Shown here piece by piece: positions 17,086 through 25,362 of a DNA stretch of 64,000 nucleotides. The first letter of the stretch is position 1. Every line of letters starts with the position of its first letter. Source of the DNA: Burkholderiales bacterium. Its GTDB lineage: Bacteria > Pseudomonadota > Gammaproteobacteria > Burkholderiales > JACQAP01. The translations under genes and the position numbers were made by a program. The notes under the pieces were generated by a model that saw nothing but the letters and a program-made list of their open reading frames with translations, had not been told where the DNA came from and searched no databases. The stretch spans positions 635 to 64,634 of the forward strand of contig JBJXFN010000155.1 in NCBI GenBank assembly GCA_046155535.1, in the 5' to 3' direction.

Positions 17086-19518
17086 TCAGCTTCCGGCCGG
17101 CGGTGCGTTGACCCGCAACATGAGCGGCATTTTCAGCTTCTCCGGCAGCACCCGCCCCATGCGCGCGCGCTTGAGGATATGGTGCGCAAGCTTCGCGCCG
17201 GCCAGGCTGATGACCTTTTCCCGCAGGGTGCGTTGCCCGATGCCAGACACTTCGAGTGTCCGCTGATCGGACACCGCGACCGCCGCCAGTTTTTCGCCAT
17301 CGTCCAGACCCATGACAATCATTCCGCGACCCCTGGCCATCACTTTCAGTTCGTCTATGGCGAACAACAACAATCGGCCATTCTCCGACAGCGCCGCGAC
17401 GTAGTTGCCAACGGCATCTTCATACACAAATGGCGCAATCGGCGTATGCCCTTCGTCCACCGTCATGAACTCGCGGCCGGCCTTGCGGTTCGAGACCATG
17501 TCACCGATGGTGGACAGAAATCCGTACCCCGCGGACGTCGCCACCAGCACCTTGGTGTCTGGTTTGCCACCCAGACAATAAAGGATATGCGCGGCATCCT
17601 GAATTTCCACCAGGGACGAGGCTGGGGCACCATCTCCTCGCGCCGGTGGCAGTTGTCCAGCATCGACACTATAAGCCCTTCCCCTGGAATCGAGAAAAAT
17701 CACCGGATCGACGGTGCGGCACTTGATCAATGCCATCAGCTCATCGCCTTCCTTGAACGAAAGCGTGGCCGCGTCGACTTCCCAACCCTGGCGGGCGCGT
17801 ACCCAGCCCTTCTTCGAAAAAATCACCGACACCGGCTCGTCGATCACCGGGGTCTCGACTTCTGCTTTCTCGGCTTCCTCGATCCGGGTGCGGCGCTTGT
17901 CGCCGAATGTTTTGGCATCCGCCTCGATTTCCGCGATCACCAGATTCTCGAGCGCAGATTTTTCGCCAAGGATCTTGTCGAGCCCCTTTTGCTCCTTTTG
18001 GAGCTCCTTCATTTCCTGTTCGACCTTGATGTGTTCGAGCTTCGCCAGTTGTCGCAGGCGGATTTCGAGAATGTCCTCAGCCTGACGCTCGGAGAGTTTG
18101 AACGCCTTGATCAGATCGACCTTGGGTTCGTCCGCATTGCGGATGATCTTGATGACCTTGTCCACGTTCAGCAAGACCAGCAGACGGCCTTCCAGAACAT
18201 GCAGGCGATCGAGGACCTGTGCGAGGCGGTGCCGGGTGCGGCGGGTGACGGTCTCCAGGCGAAAACGGATCCATTCGGCAACGATATCGCGCAGGTTTTT
18301 CCCTGTTGGCCGGCCGTCCAGCCCCACCATCACCAGATTGACCGGCACATTGCCTTCCAGGCCGGTCTTGGCGAGCAGCAGATTGACGAACTCGGTTTCG
18401 TCCACCTTCGAGGTCCGGGGCTCCAGCACCAAACGCACCGGATGTGTGCGATCGGATTCGTCGCGCGCCTTGTCCAACATCGAGAGCATCAGACTCTTTT
18501 CGCGCGTCTGCTCCGGCGTAAGCGACTTCTTGCCGGGCTTGTTCTGCGGATTTGTGATGCCCTCGATTTCCTCCAGTACCTTGCGCGCGGAAGTGCCGGG
18601 CGGCAATTCGTACACCACCATCTGCCATTGCCCGCGCGACAGCCGTTCGATATTCCAGCGCGCACGCACCCGCACCGAGCCGCGCCCGGATGTGTAGGCT
18701 TCCTTGAGTTCGGCGCGCGGCGTAATAATTTGCGCGCCACCCGGAAAATCCGGTCCCTTGATGTGTTTCATCAATCCGGCAACCGAAAGGTCCGGATCGC
18801 GAATCATTGCGATCGCCGCTGCCGCCACTTCGTTCAGGTTGTGACTGGGAATTTCCGTGGCCATGCCCACCGCAATTCCGGAGGCGCCATTGAGCAGCAC
18901 CACCGGCAGCCGCGCCGGCAATATTGTGGGTTCGATTCGCGTGCCGTCGTAGTTGGGCGCAAAATCAACCGTGCCCATGTCGAGTTCGGCAAGCAGCACT
19001 TCGGCAAAACGGGTGAGCCGCGCTTCGGTGTAACGATAGGCAGCAGCTTCATCTCCATCGCGCGAACCAAAGTTTCCCTCGCCGTCGATCAATGGGTAGC
19101 GCAGCGTGAAGTTCTGCGCAAGGCGCACCAATGCGTCATAGACAGACTGGTCGCCGTGCGGGTGCAATTTGCCCAGCACATCACCCACCACTGCGGCGGA
19201 CTTGGTGCGCTTGGTGCCGGCACGGGTGCCGCTTTCCCACATCGAATAAAGAATCCGCCCCTGCACCGGCTTCTGGCCGTCGCCCACCCGCGGCAACGCG
19301 CGGTCCTTGACCGTCGCAATCGCATACTGGAGGTACTGGGTGGACGCATACTTGCCCAGTGGCAGGTGGCCGCCCAATTCGCCTGACATCGGCGCAAAAT
19401 GCGGCGGCAAGGCACCGCCGCTGCCGCCGTTTCGGGCCGCAGGGACCGCCTCCGGATTTTTCTTCTTTTCGATCACGGCCGTTTCACCGTCACCGAACAA
19501 TTCTTTTTGATCCGCCAT
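17086..19518 (-). CDS. parC: DNA topoisomerase IV subunit A
   Basis: ATG at 19518 (MADQKELF...). It contains the GyrA/ParC signature AAYRYTEARL with the catalytic Tyr context and HPHGDQSVYDALVRLAQ. It lies directly downstream of a ParE-type subunit B. Confidence 0.93.
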   Translation of the reverse strand: MADQKELFGDGETAVIEKKKNPEAVPAARNGGSGGALPPHFAPMSGELGGHLPLGKYASTQYLQYAIATVKDRALPRVGDGQKPVQGRILYSMWESGTRAGTKRTKSAAVVGDVLGKLHPHGDQSVYDALVRLAQNFTLRYPLIDGEGNFGSRDGDEAAAYRYTEARLTRFAEVLLAELDMGTVDFAPNYDGTRIEPTILPARLPVVLLNGASGIAVGMATEIPSHNLNEVAAAAIAMIRDPDLSVAGLMKHIKGPDFPGGAQIITPRAELKEAYTSGRGSVRVRARWNIERLSRGQWQMVVYELPPGTSARKVLEEIEGITNPQNKPGKKSLTPEQTREKSLMLSMLDKARDESDRTHPVRLVLEPRTSKVDETEFVNLLLAKTGLEGNVPVNLVMVGLDGRPTGKNLRDIVAEWIRFRLETVTRRTRHRLAQVLDRLHVLEGRLLVLLNVDKVIKIIRNADEPKVDLIKAFKLSERQAEDILEIRLRQLAKLEHIKVEQEMKELQKEQKGLDKILGEKSALENLVIAEIEADAKTFGDKRRTRIEEAEKAEVETPVIDEPVSVIFSKKGWVRARQGWEVDAATLSFKEGDELMALIKCRTVDPVIFLDSRGRAYSVDAGQLPPARGDGAPASSLVEIQDAAHILYCLGGKPDTKVLVATSAGYGFLSTIGDMVSNRKAGREFMTVDEGHTPIAPFVYEDAVGNYVAALSENGRLLLFAIDELKVMARGRGMIVMGLDDGEKLAAVAVSDQRTLEVSGIGQRTLREKVISLAGAKLAHHILKRARMGRVLPEKLKMPLMLRVNAPPAGS

Positions 19519-19568
19519 CGTCGCTTCTGATTCCTCTGATTCCGAATTGCCTATGCCTTGCCCCTGCC

Positions 19569-21557
19569 TCAGGAAATGTCCGCTTCGACAAGGTTTCCGT
19601 ATGTTTCCATCCACTCGCGCCGCTGGGAGGCGTTTTCGCGTGCCATCATCATGTTGAAAATATCCAGCGACACGTCCAGGCCCTCATCGAGCACCACCGG
19701 CAGCATGCGCCGGGTGTCGGGATTGAGAGTAGTTTCCCAAAGTTGCTCCGGATTCATTTCGCCCAGGCCCTTGAAGCGGCTTACCGTCCAGGAGCCAGGC
19801 TTGACCCCTTCGTCTTCGAGTTTTCCCTCAGTCGCTTCGAGTTCCTGGCGGTCCAGCGCATAGAGTTTGCGCGCCGGCTTGCCTTTGCCTTGTCCCGGCA
19901 CGTCGATGCGAAACAACGGCGGCTGCGCGACAAATACGTTGCCGTTCGCGATCAATTTCGGAAAGTGTTTGAAGAACAAGGTCAGCAGAAGCACCTGGAT
20001 GTGTGCGCCATCGACGTCCGCGTCCGCCAGAATGACGATCTTTCGGTAACGCAATCCGGACAGGTCGGCATTCTCGCCGGGCTTGTGATGATCCACGCCG
20101 ATGGCCAGTGCAATGGCTTCGATTTCCTTGTTCGCATACAGCGTATCGGGACTGTCCTGCCAGGTGTTTTTGGGTTTGCCCTTGAGCGGCAGCACGGCCT
20201 GGAATTCCTTGTCGCGCGCCTGCTTGGCCGAGCCCCCGGCGGAATCTCCCTCCACGATGAACATTTCGTTGCGTTCGGGATCGTCGGAGGCGCAATCAGT
20301 GAGTTTGCCCGGCAGCACCGCGACGCCGGAGGTCTTGCGGCGTTCGACTTTCTGCGCCGCCCGGGTGCGGGCATTGGCCTGGCTGATGACCAGTTCGGCG
20401 ATGCGCTTGCCTTCGTCCACATGCTGGTTGAGCCAGAGCTCGAAGGGATCGCGCACCATCTGCGCGGTGAGCTTTACCGCATCGCGGGAGATGAGTTCGT
20501 TCTTGACTTGACCCTTGAACTGCGGGTCCAGCATTTTCACGCTCAGTACGTAACACACGCGTGACCATACGTCTTCCGGCACGATTTTCAATCCGCGCTG
20601 GCCCATGGCGTGAATGTCGATGAAAGCCTTGATCGCGTGATAAACGCCTTCCCGCAGGCCGGCGACATGGGTGCCACCGACGCGGGTGGGAATCATGTTG
20701 ACGTAGGACTCGGTGACCGTTTCGCCTTCCGCGGTCCAGGCAATCGCCCACATCGCGCCTTCGCCCTCTGCAAAGCTGTCCGATTCGGACTGCGCGGCGA
20801 CATACCGCTCGCCGAGAAAACTGCTGGCGACCGGATCCGCGCGGGCGATGGCGGATTCGAAATAACCCTTGATACCTTCCGGAAAATGCCAAGTCTGGGT
20901 GTCGATCTTGCCGTTCTTTTCAATGCCCAACGTGAACTTCACGCCTGGCAGCAGCATGGCCTTGGCCCGCAGCAGCGCGGCGATGTCGGCCACCAGAATC
21001 TTCGGCGAATCGAAGTAGGCAGGGTCCGGCCAGAAGCGCACCCGCGTTCCGCTTTCTCGCGGACCGATCTGACCCAATTTCTTGAGCGGTTCCCTGACCT
21101 TGCCATTGTCGCCAAAAACGATGCGTGTACGCTCGCCATCGCGCCGCACCTCGACTTCCAGGCGCGTCGACAAGGCATTGGGCACACACACGCCCACACC
21201 ATGCAGCCCGCCGGCGATGCGGTACGCCGCGTCCTTGTCGGTTTTGCGGAATTTCCCGCCAGAATGCAATGTGGTGAAAATCACCTGCACCGCCGGGACT
21301 TTTTTCTTTGGATGTATATCCACCGGAATGCCACGACCATCGTCCGTGACTTCGGCGGAGCCGTCTTCGTACAGTACGACCGAGACATTCTTGGCGAATC
21401 CCGCGAGGCCTTCGTCAGCAGCGTTATCGATGATTTCGACCAGCGCATGGTTGGGATTGGCGGGGTCGGTGTACATGCCCGGCCGATGCAGGATCGGCCA
21501 CAGGTCTTCCAGAATTTCGATGTCTTCGGCGGTGTAAGCGGCGGGTTTCTTGGCCAT
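19569..21557 (-). CDS. parE: DNA topoisomerase IV subunit B
   Basis: ATG at 21557 (MAKKPAAYTAEDIEILEDLWPILHRPGMYT). GHKL ATPase motifs (DNAADE, GGLHGVG) and Toprim motifs (EMFIVEGDSAGGSAKQ, ILADADVDGAHI) are present. About 660 aa without the GyrB insert, and adjacent to parC. Confidence 0.93.
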   Translation of the reverse strand: MAKKPAAYTAEDIEILEDLWPILHRPGMYTDPANPNHALVEIIDNAADEGLAGFAKNVSVVLYEDGSAEVTDDGRGIPVDIHPKKKVPAVQVIFTTLHSGGKFRKTDKDAAYRIAGGLHGVGVCVPNALSTRLEVEVRRDGERTRIVFGDNGKVREPLKKLGQIGPRESGTRVRFWPDPAYFDSPKILVADIAALLRAKAMLLPGVKFTLGIEKNGKIDTQTWHFPEGIKGYFESAIARADPVASSFLGERYVAAQSESDSFAEGEGAMWAIAWTAEGETVTESYVNMIPTRVGGTHVAGLREGVYHAIKAFIDIHAMGQRGLKIVPEDVWSRVCYVLSVKMLDPQFKGQVKNELISRDAVKLTAQMVRDPFELWLNQHVDEGKRIAELVISQANARTRAAQKVERRKTSGVAVLPGKLTDCASDDPERNEMFIVEGDSAGGSAKQARDKEFQAVLPLKGKPKNTWQDSPDTLYANKEIEAIALAIGVDHHKPGENADLSGLRYRKIVILADADVDGAHIQVLLLTLFFKHFPKLIANGNVFVAQPPLFRIDVPGQGKGKPARKLYALDRQELEATEGKLEDEGVKPGSWTVSRFKGLGEMNPEQLWETTLNPDTRRMLPVVLDEGLDVSLDIFNMMMARENASQRREWMETYGNLVEADIS

Positions 21558-21732
21558 TCGGATTATGAAAGTTGCAGGGACAGCGCGTTGGGCGCGCGGC
21601 GATGCCTGGCATGCCGCGAAGGCAGAAAGCAATTTTCCGGGAAATGGGACTTGCCGATGGCAAACATCGACGCGGCCCGCAGGCAATCAGATCGAATCAC
21701 GGCGCGTATTGTAGTGGCTCCTCCTGAATCCA

Positions 21733-22263
21733 TCATGTTCCTTTGTTTCTGCGCATCGCGACCAAGTGATCCAGTGACTTCCCGGTAACCCGGAACGTAG
21801 TCCAGTCGTCGAGCGGCAGTGCACCCAGGGCTCGATAGAACCGGATCGCCGAAACGTTCCAGTCCAGCGCGGCCCACTCGAAGCGGCCGCAGCCTCGATC
21901 GCGGGCCATCGCGGCCACTTCCAGCAGAAGCGCCCGGCCATATCCGCGCCTGCGATGGTGGGGACGCACGTACAAATCTTCCAGCCACAATCCGGGCAGG
22001 CCCAGAAAGGTCGAAAAATTCCAGAAGTAAACGGCGAATCCGGCCGGTTCGTCCTTGGCAAACCCCAGAATCACCTCGGCCGCCGGGCGCGAACCAAACA
22101 ACGCGGCGCGCAGACCCGCTTCGGTCGCCGTGACCATATGAGAAAGATGTTCGTATTCCGCCAGTTCACGGATGAACGACAACACCAGGGGGAGATCGTC
22201 AGGCGTTGCCGAGCGCATGGAAAAACCCACCGGATCCGCCGTCTGCACAGAATCTGTGGTCAT
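21733..22263 (-). CDS. GNAT-family N-acetyltransferase
   Basis: ATG at 22263, 4 nt after the LysR stop. The acetyl-CoA motif is VRPHHRRRGYGRALL. The 204-aa track ORF start at 22347 would overlap the LysR gene. Confidence 0.8.
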   Translation of the reverse strand: MTTDSVQTADPVGFSMRSATPDDLPLVLSFIRELAEYEHLSHMVTATEAGLRAALFGSRPAAEVILGFAKDEPAGFAVYFWNFSTFLGLPGLWLEDLYVRPHHRRRGYGRALLLEVAAMARDRGCGRFEWAALDWNVSAIRFYRALGALPLDDWTTFRVTGKSLDHLVAMRRNKGT

Positions 22264-22267
22264 GATT

Positions 22268-23218
22268 TCACGCCCGAACCTTTGCGCGGATGCGCGGCCC
22301 GCGGCGCGGCGTTGTGGTGGGCACCTGCAGAGCCGGAATACCTTCAAATTCCTGGCGGATGAATTCGAGAAACAGTTTTACCTTCGTCGAGATCAGCCGC
22401 GCGGAGGGGTACACAAGATGAATATCCACGGCAGGCGGACCGTAGTCGGCAAGCACCCTGATGAGGCTGCCACGATCAATGTCCGTTTGCACGAATACCG
22501 CCGGCATGTACGCAATGCCGATGCCTTCCAATGCCGCTGCCCGGATGATTGGCGCACTGTTGGCACGAAAATCACCGTGAACCCGTAGAGATTGCGCGCC
22601 TTGCGGACCTTCAAACTGCCATTCGTTGCTAAACAGGTAGTTGTATGTGATGCAGTTGTGCGAATGCAGATCCGACGGTGAGGTAGGCGTGCCCCGCGCG
22701 CGCAGATAAGCCGGACTGGCTACGCACACCCGCGCCGTCCCGCCGATGCGGCGCGCCACAACCTGGGAATCCGCCAGTTCTCCAAATCGAATGGTCAGGT
22801 CCACGGCCTCCTGAATCAGATCGACATACCGATCGCTCAGCATCAGATCCACGGCCAGGCCGGGATAGAGCCGACGAAAGCGGAACACCAATGGAAGCAT
22901 GTAGAGCTGCCCAAAGGCCGCCGCGGCATGAATCCGGATCAACCCCGTGGGTTGGTTCTGCAGGTCGGAGAGGCTGCCTTCCAGGGTGGTAATTTCCTCC
23001 AGAATCTGGCGGCACCGTTCGTAGTATTTTTTCCCGGCTTCGCTGGTACTCAGTTGCCGGGTGGTGCGATTCAACAGGCGAACGCCCAAATGTTCTTCTA
23101 AAGCAGTCAGTTGTTTGCTGATCGTGGGTTGGATCGTCCCCATTTCGCGGGCCACGGCTGAGAAACTGCCGGTCTCCACGACCCTGGTGAAAACGCGCAT
23201 TTGATACAGTCTGTCCAT
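22268..23218 (-). CDS. LysR-family transcriptional regulator
   Basis: 316 aa. N-terminal HTH MDRLYQMRVFTRVVETGSFSAVAREMGTIQPTISKQLTALEEHLGVRLLNRTTR plus a LysR substrate-binding domain. Confidence 0.9.
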   Translation of the reverse strand: MDRLYQMRVFTRVVETGSFSAVAREMGTIQPTISKQLTALEEHLGVRLLNRTTRQLSTSEAGKKYYERCRQILEEITTLEGSLSDLQNQPTGLIRIHAAAAFGQLYMLPLVFRFRRLYPGLAVDLMLSDRYVDLIQEAVDLTIRFGELADSQVVARRIGGTARVCVASPAYLRARGTPTSPSDLHSHNCITYNYLFSNEWQFEGPQGAQSLRVHGDFRANSAPIIRAAALEGIGIAYMPAVFVQTDIDRGSLIRVLADYGPPAVDIHLVYPSARLISTKVKLFLEFIRQEFEGIPALQVPTTTPRRGPRIRAKVRA

Positions 23219-23299
23219 TCGCGGAGAAATTTAGCACTTTTTTTGCATAAATCATATTCTTTAAATTCGACTACCAACCAAAATTGCATAGGTATAGTG

Positions 23300-23453
23300 T
23301 TGCCGTGTCTTTATTGCGCCTGGTTCCGGCCAGCGAGGTTTCTCGGGGACGAAGCCTACATTGGTTTTGCAATTTCTCCCCCCACGTATCCTTTCCTCCT
23401 CCCTTCGGATATCGTGGCTTTCAGAGGGGCGCTCCGGCGCCCCTCTTTTTTTT
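23300..23453 (+). ncRNA. candidate small RNA with anti-Shine-Dalgarno CCUCCUCCC loop (5' end uncertain)
   Basis: No credible ORF lies in the 260-bp gap divergent from the LysR gene. A plus-strand hairpin CCACGTATCC (23382-23391) / GGATATCGTGG (23407-23417) presents the loop TTTCCTCCTCCCTTC. A second C-rich run, TTCTCCCCCC, is at 23374-23383. The region ends in a canonical plus-strand terminator. A TATAGT -10-like hexamer is at 23293-23298. Confidence 0.35.
23424..23453 (+). terminator. intrinsic terminator (plus strand)
   Basis: GAGGGGCGC (23424-23432), TCCG loop, GCGCCCCTC (23437-23445), then T8 (23446-23453). The T tract is only on the plus strand although both flanking genes are on the minus strand. 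Confidence 0.65.
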
Positions 23454-23479
23454 GGCTCCGCGGCTGAAAATGTTAGCGC

Positions 23480-24325
23480 CTACACACGCCTGTAGGATTG
23501 TCCGCCCTTGATTCCGTAAGGCGCCGCCCAACCCAGGCCGGCCCAAGTATTCTGCTTGGGACGATATTCGCAGCCGACCCACCACGAATAACCCAGCTGA
23601 TCCAACAGATCAAACAAATAGGGATAGTTGATTTCCCCCTCCGTGGGCTCGTGCCGTCCAGGCACGCCCGCGATCTGGAAATGCCTGACCAGTTTGAAGT
23701 TTTCGCGAATCGTCTCCGCCAAATTTCCCTCCAGCATCTGCATGTGATAAAGGTCTAGATGGAAAAACAAGTTCGGGCTGCCGACCGCTTCGAGTATTTG
23801 GCGCGCGTGTTTGGTGTGGTTCAGGAAGTACCCGTGCATGCCCTGAGTCGTATAACTCGGCCCGTTCTGCACGACACCCATCTTCTTGTTGATCGGCTCG
23901 ATGACCGCACCGATCCCGTACGGCGCGAGCAAGTTCGCCGCGTAGGTCAGATTTTCCAGGTAAGTTCGCTCCGCAAGTTGGTAGTCTTCTCCGGGCCCCA
24001 CCACCCCCGCCATCAGGTGAACCGTTTCACACTGCAAAGCCTCGCCGAACTCGATCACTCGATTGAGGCTGTTGCGAAACTCGGCAGCCCGCCCAGGCAC
24101 CGCCGCCAAGCCTCGATCTCCGCGATCCCAGTCGCCCATCGGTGCATCGAATAACACCATCTTGAGTCCGTTGGTTACCAGACGCGCCGCCAGTTCCTTT
24201 TTCGGATAGTCGTACGGAACCTGGAACTCGACCGCCCGAAAACCGGCTACGGCGGCCGCCTCAAATCGCTCAAGAAAAGGCAATTCGCTAAACAGGTAAT
24301 GCAGATTGGCGGCAAATTTTGGCAT
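23480..24325 (-). CDS. hydroxypyruvate isomerase family protein (TIM-barrel, Hyi/OtnI-like)
   Basis: 281 aa. MPKFAANLHYLFSELPFLERFEAAAVAGFRAVEF...VHLMAGV...FHLDLYHMQ...HFQIAG.PGRHEP..GEINY is the pattern I know from Hyi-type isomerases. Confidence 0.85.
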   Translation of the reverse strand: MPKFAANLHYLFSELPFLERFEAAAVAGFRAVEFQVPYDYPKKELAARLVTNGLKMVLFDAPMGDWDRGDRGLAAVPGRAAEFRNSLNRVIEFGEALQCETVHLMAGVVGPGEDYQLAERTYLENLTYAANLLAPYGIGAVIEPINKKMGVVQNGPSYTTQGMHGYFLNHTKHARQILEAVGSPNLFFHLDLYHMQMLEGNLAETIRENFKLVRHFQIAGVPGRHEPTEGEINYPYLFDLLDQLGYSWWVGCEYRPKQNTWAGLGWAAPYGIKGGQSYRRV

Positions 24326-24505
24326 GCGAATCAGTCACTCAAAACTTCTTCATGATCCAGTAAGAGCGCAGACAGGAGAGAGCCGTTGAATTTTCTGGAT
24401 TGTGACAATACTGTCATGAAATCGACGTATACATCGCGCTGGGTCAGTCAAATTTTCCCCACAGGTGGGGCTGTTCCGGTATCACGTGAATGAGGGATAA
24501 CCGCG

Positions 24506-24898
24506 ATGGGCAAGAAAAAGAAGTCAGAGGACAAGGAGCAGATTCGAAAGAAAAAAAACAAACCCAGCCTGCGTCCACCGATTGAGGATGCACTCGCCTA
24601 CCCGCCAGCGTCCCGTTTTTTCTGGGAACTTGTCGTGGGCAACGGGATCGGCGAAACCGCAGTGGAAGATGCGCTGGAAGCCTACCGGCGCGCGCTCGAA
24701 TCGCGGCGAGAAAAAGCACTCCGCGCGGCGCAAACCGACGAAAACGACCATGACGCGCACTGCGCGTCGGACGATCACTTGATTTACGGACCTTTTGTCA
24801 GTCAGCAAATCTGGCGCATATCCCGCGAGGCTCCACTGCGTGCAACATGCTGGAGCTGGGTCGGATATCAATCCTTGCATTTTTTCCGAACACGCTGA
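24506..24898 (+). CDS. hypothetical protein (weak)
   Basis: 130-aa ORF with GAGGGA 8 nt upstream of the ATG, a lysine-rich N-terminus and a helical-looking middle (FFWELVVGNGIGETAVEDALEAYRRALESRREKALRAAQ). It lies in an AT-richer 1-kb gap, and I recognise no family. Confidence 0.3.
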   Translation: MGKKKKSEDKEQIRKKKNKPSLRPPIEDALAYPPASRFFWELVVGNGIGETAVEDALEAYRRALESRREKALRAAQTDENDHDAHCASDDHLIYGPFVSQQIWRISREAPLRATCWSWVGYQSLHFFRTR

Positions 24899-24965
24899 TT
24901 TTTTTTGCGCGCCGGCGCCCACTACACGATCTGATTTGCATGCACAATATTTTCCGTGCGCAATG

Positions 24966-25000
24966 ATATCCACAATTTCTGTGGATAACCTTGTGGATGG
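24966..25000. promoter_or_regulatory. cluster of three DnaA-box-like 9-mers (or a TATCCACA-N5-TGTGGATA operator)
   Basis: ATATCCACA (24966-24974; 8/9 to TTATCCACA), TGTGGATAA (24980-24988; a perfect reverse box) and TGTGGATGG (24992-25000; 7/9). All lie within 35 bp in a roughly 1-kb AT-richer intergenic region. Confidence 0.4.
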
Positions 25001-25362
25001 CGTGTGGCATTCCGCTTAAACCCTTTCCACTGCTTGCCATCTTCTTTGTGCTGCTCAATTTTTCATCAACGTGTCACCAGAAAACGACATGCAAAAAAAT
25101 TTCGGATAATTTTCTATCCTTCGCAAAATAACTGCTGCGTCAACTAAATTCCTGTCCCCCCTAATATTTCTCTTGACGACATTTTTGCTGCGTGACCATG
25201 GCATTTATTTCATCGATGCAATACGAGAAGCCGCAAGCGCCTGCTTGCAAGGGGATTTATGGCGTGACCTGCCCATGCGTTATCGGCAAGAGCAGGGTGC
25301 AATGAGTTCTTCGCTATGATGGCGACAGGTTGTGCCCCATGGCGCAGGAGGGTGAGCGGTTG

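Noticed and set aside
17179-19386. 735-aa plus-strand ORF
   Set aside because: It is entirely antisense to parC, whose translation carries unmistakable topoisomerase motifs. The shadow translation is low complexity (R/H/Q/F-rich).
23201-23511. Track ORFs 23201..23467 (88 aa) and 23284..23511 (75 aa) in the LysR-hyi gap
   Set aside because: Their composition is non-protein-like, they have no RBS, and they run through a strong hairpin terminator. The region is better explained as a non-coding RNA or regulatory gap.
24340-25360. Calling this region the chromosomal origin (oriC)
   Set aside because: It has only one perfect and two imperfect DnaA boxes, no clear array of AT-rich 13-mer-like repeats, no dnaA/dnaN/gidA-type flanking genes, and no replicon-scale skew information. 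It is kept as a finding but not as an oriC feature.
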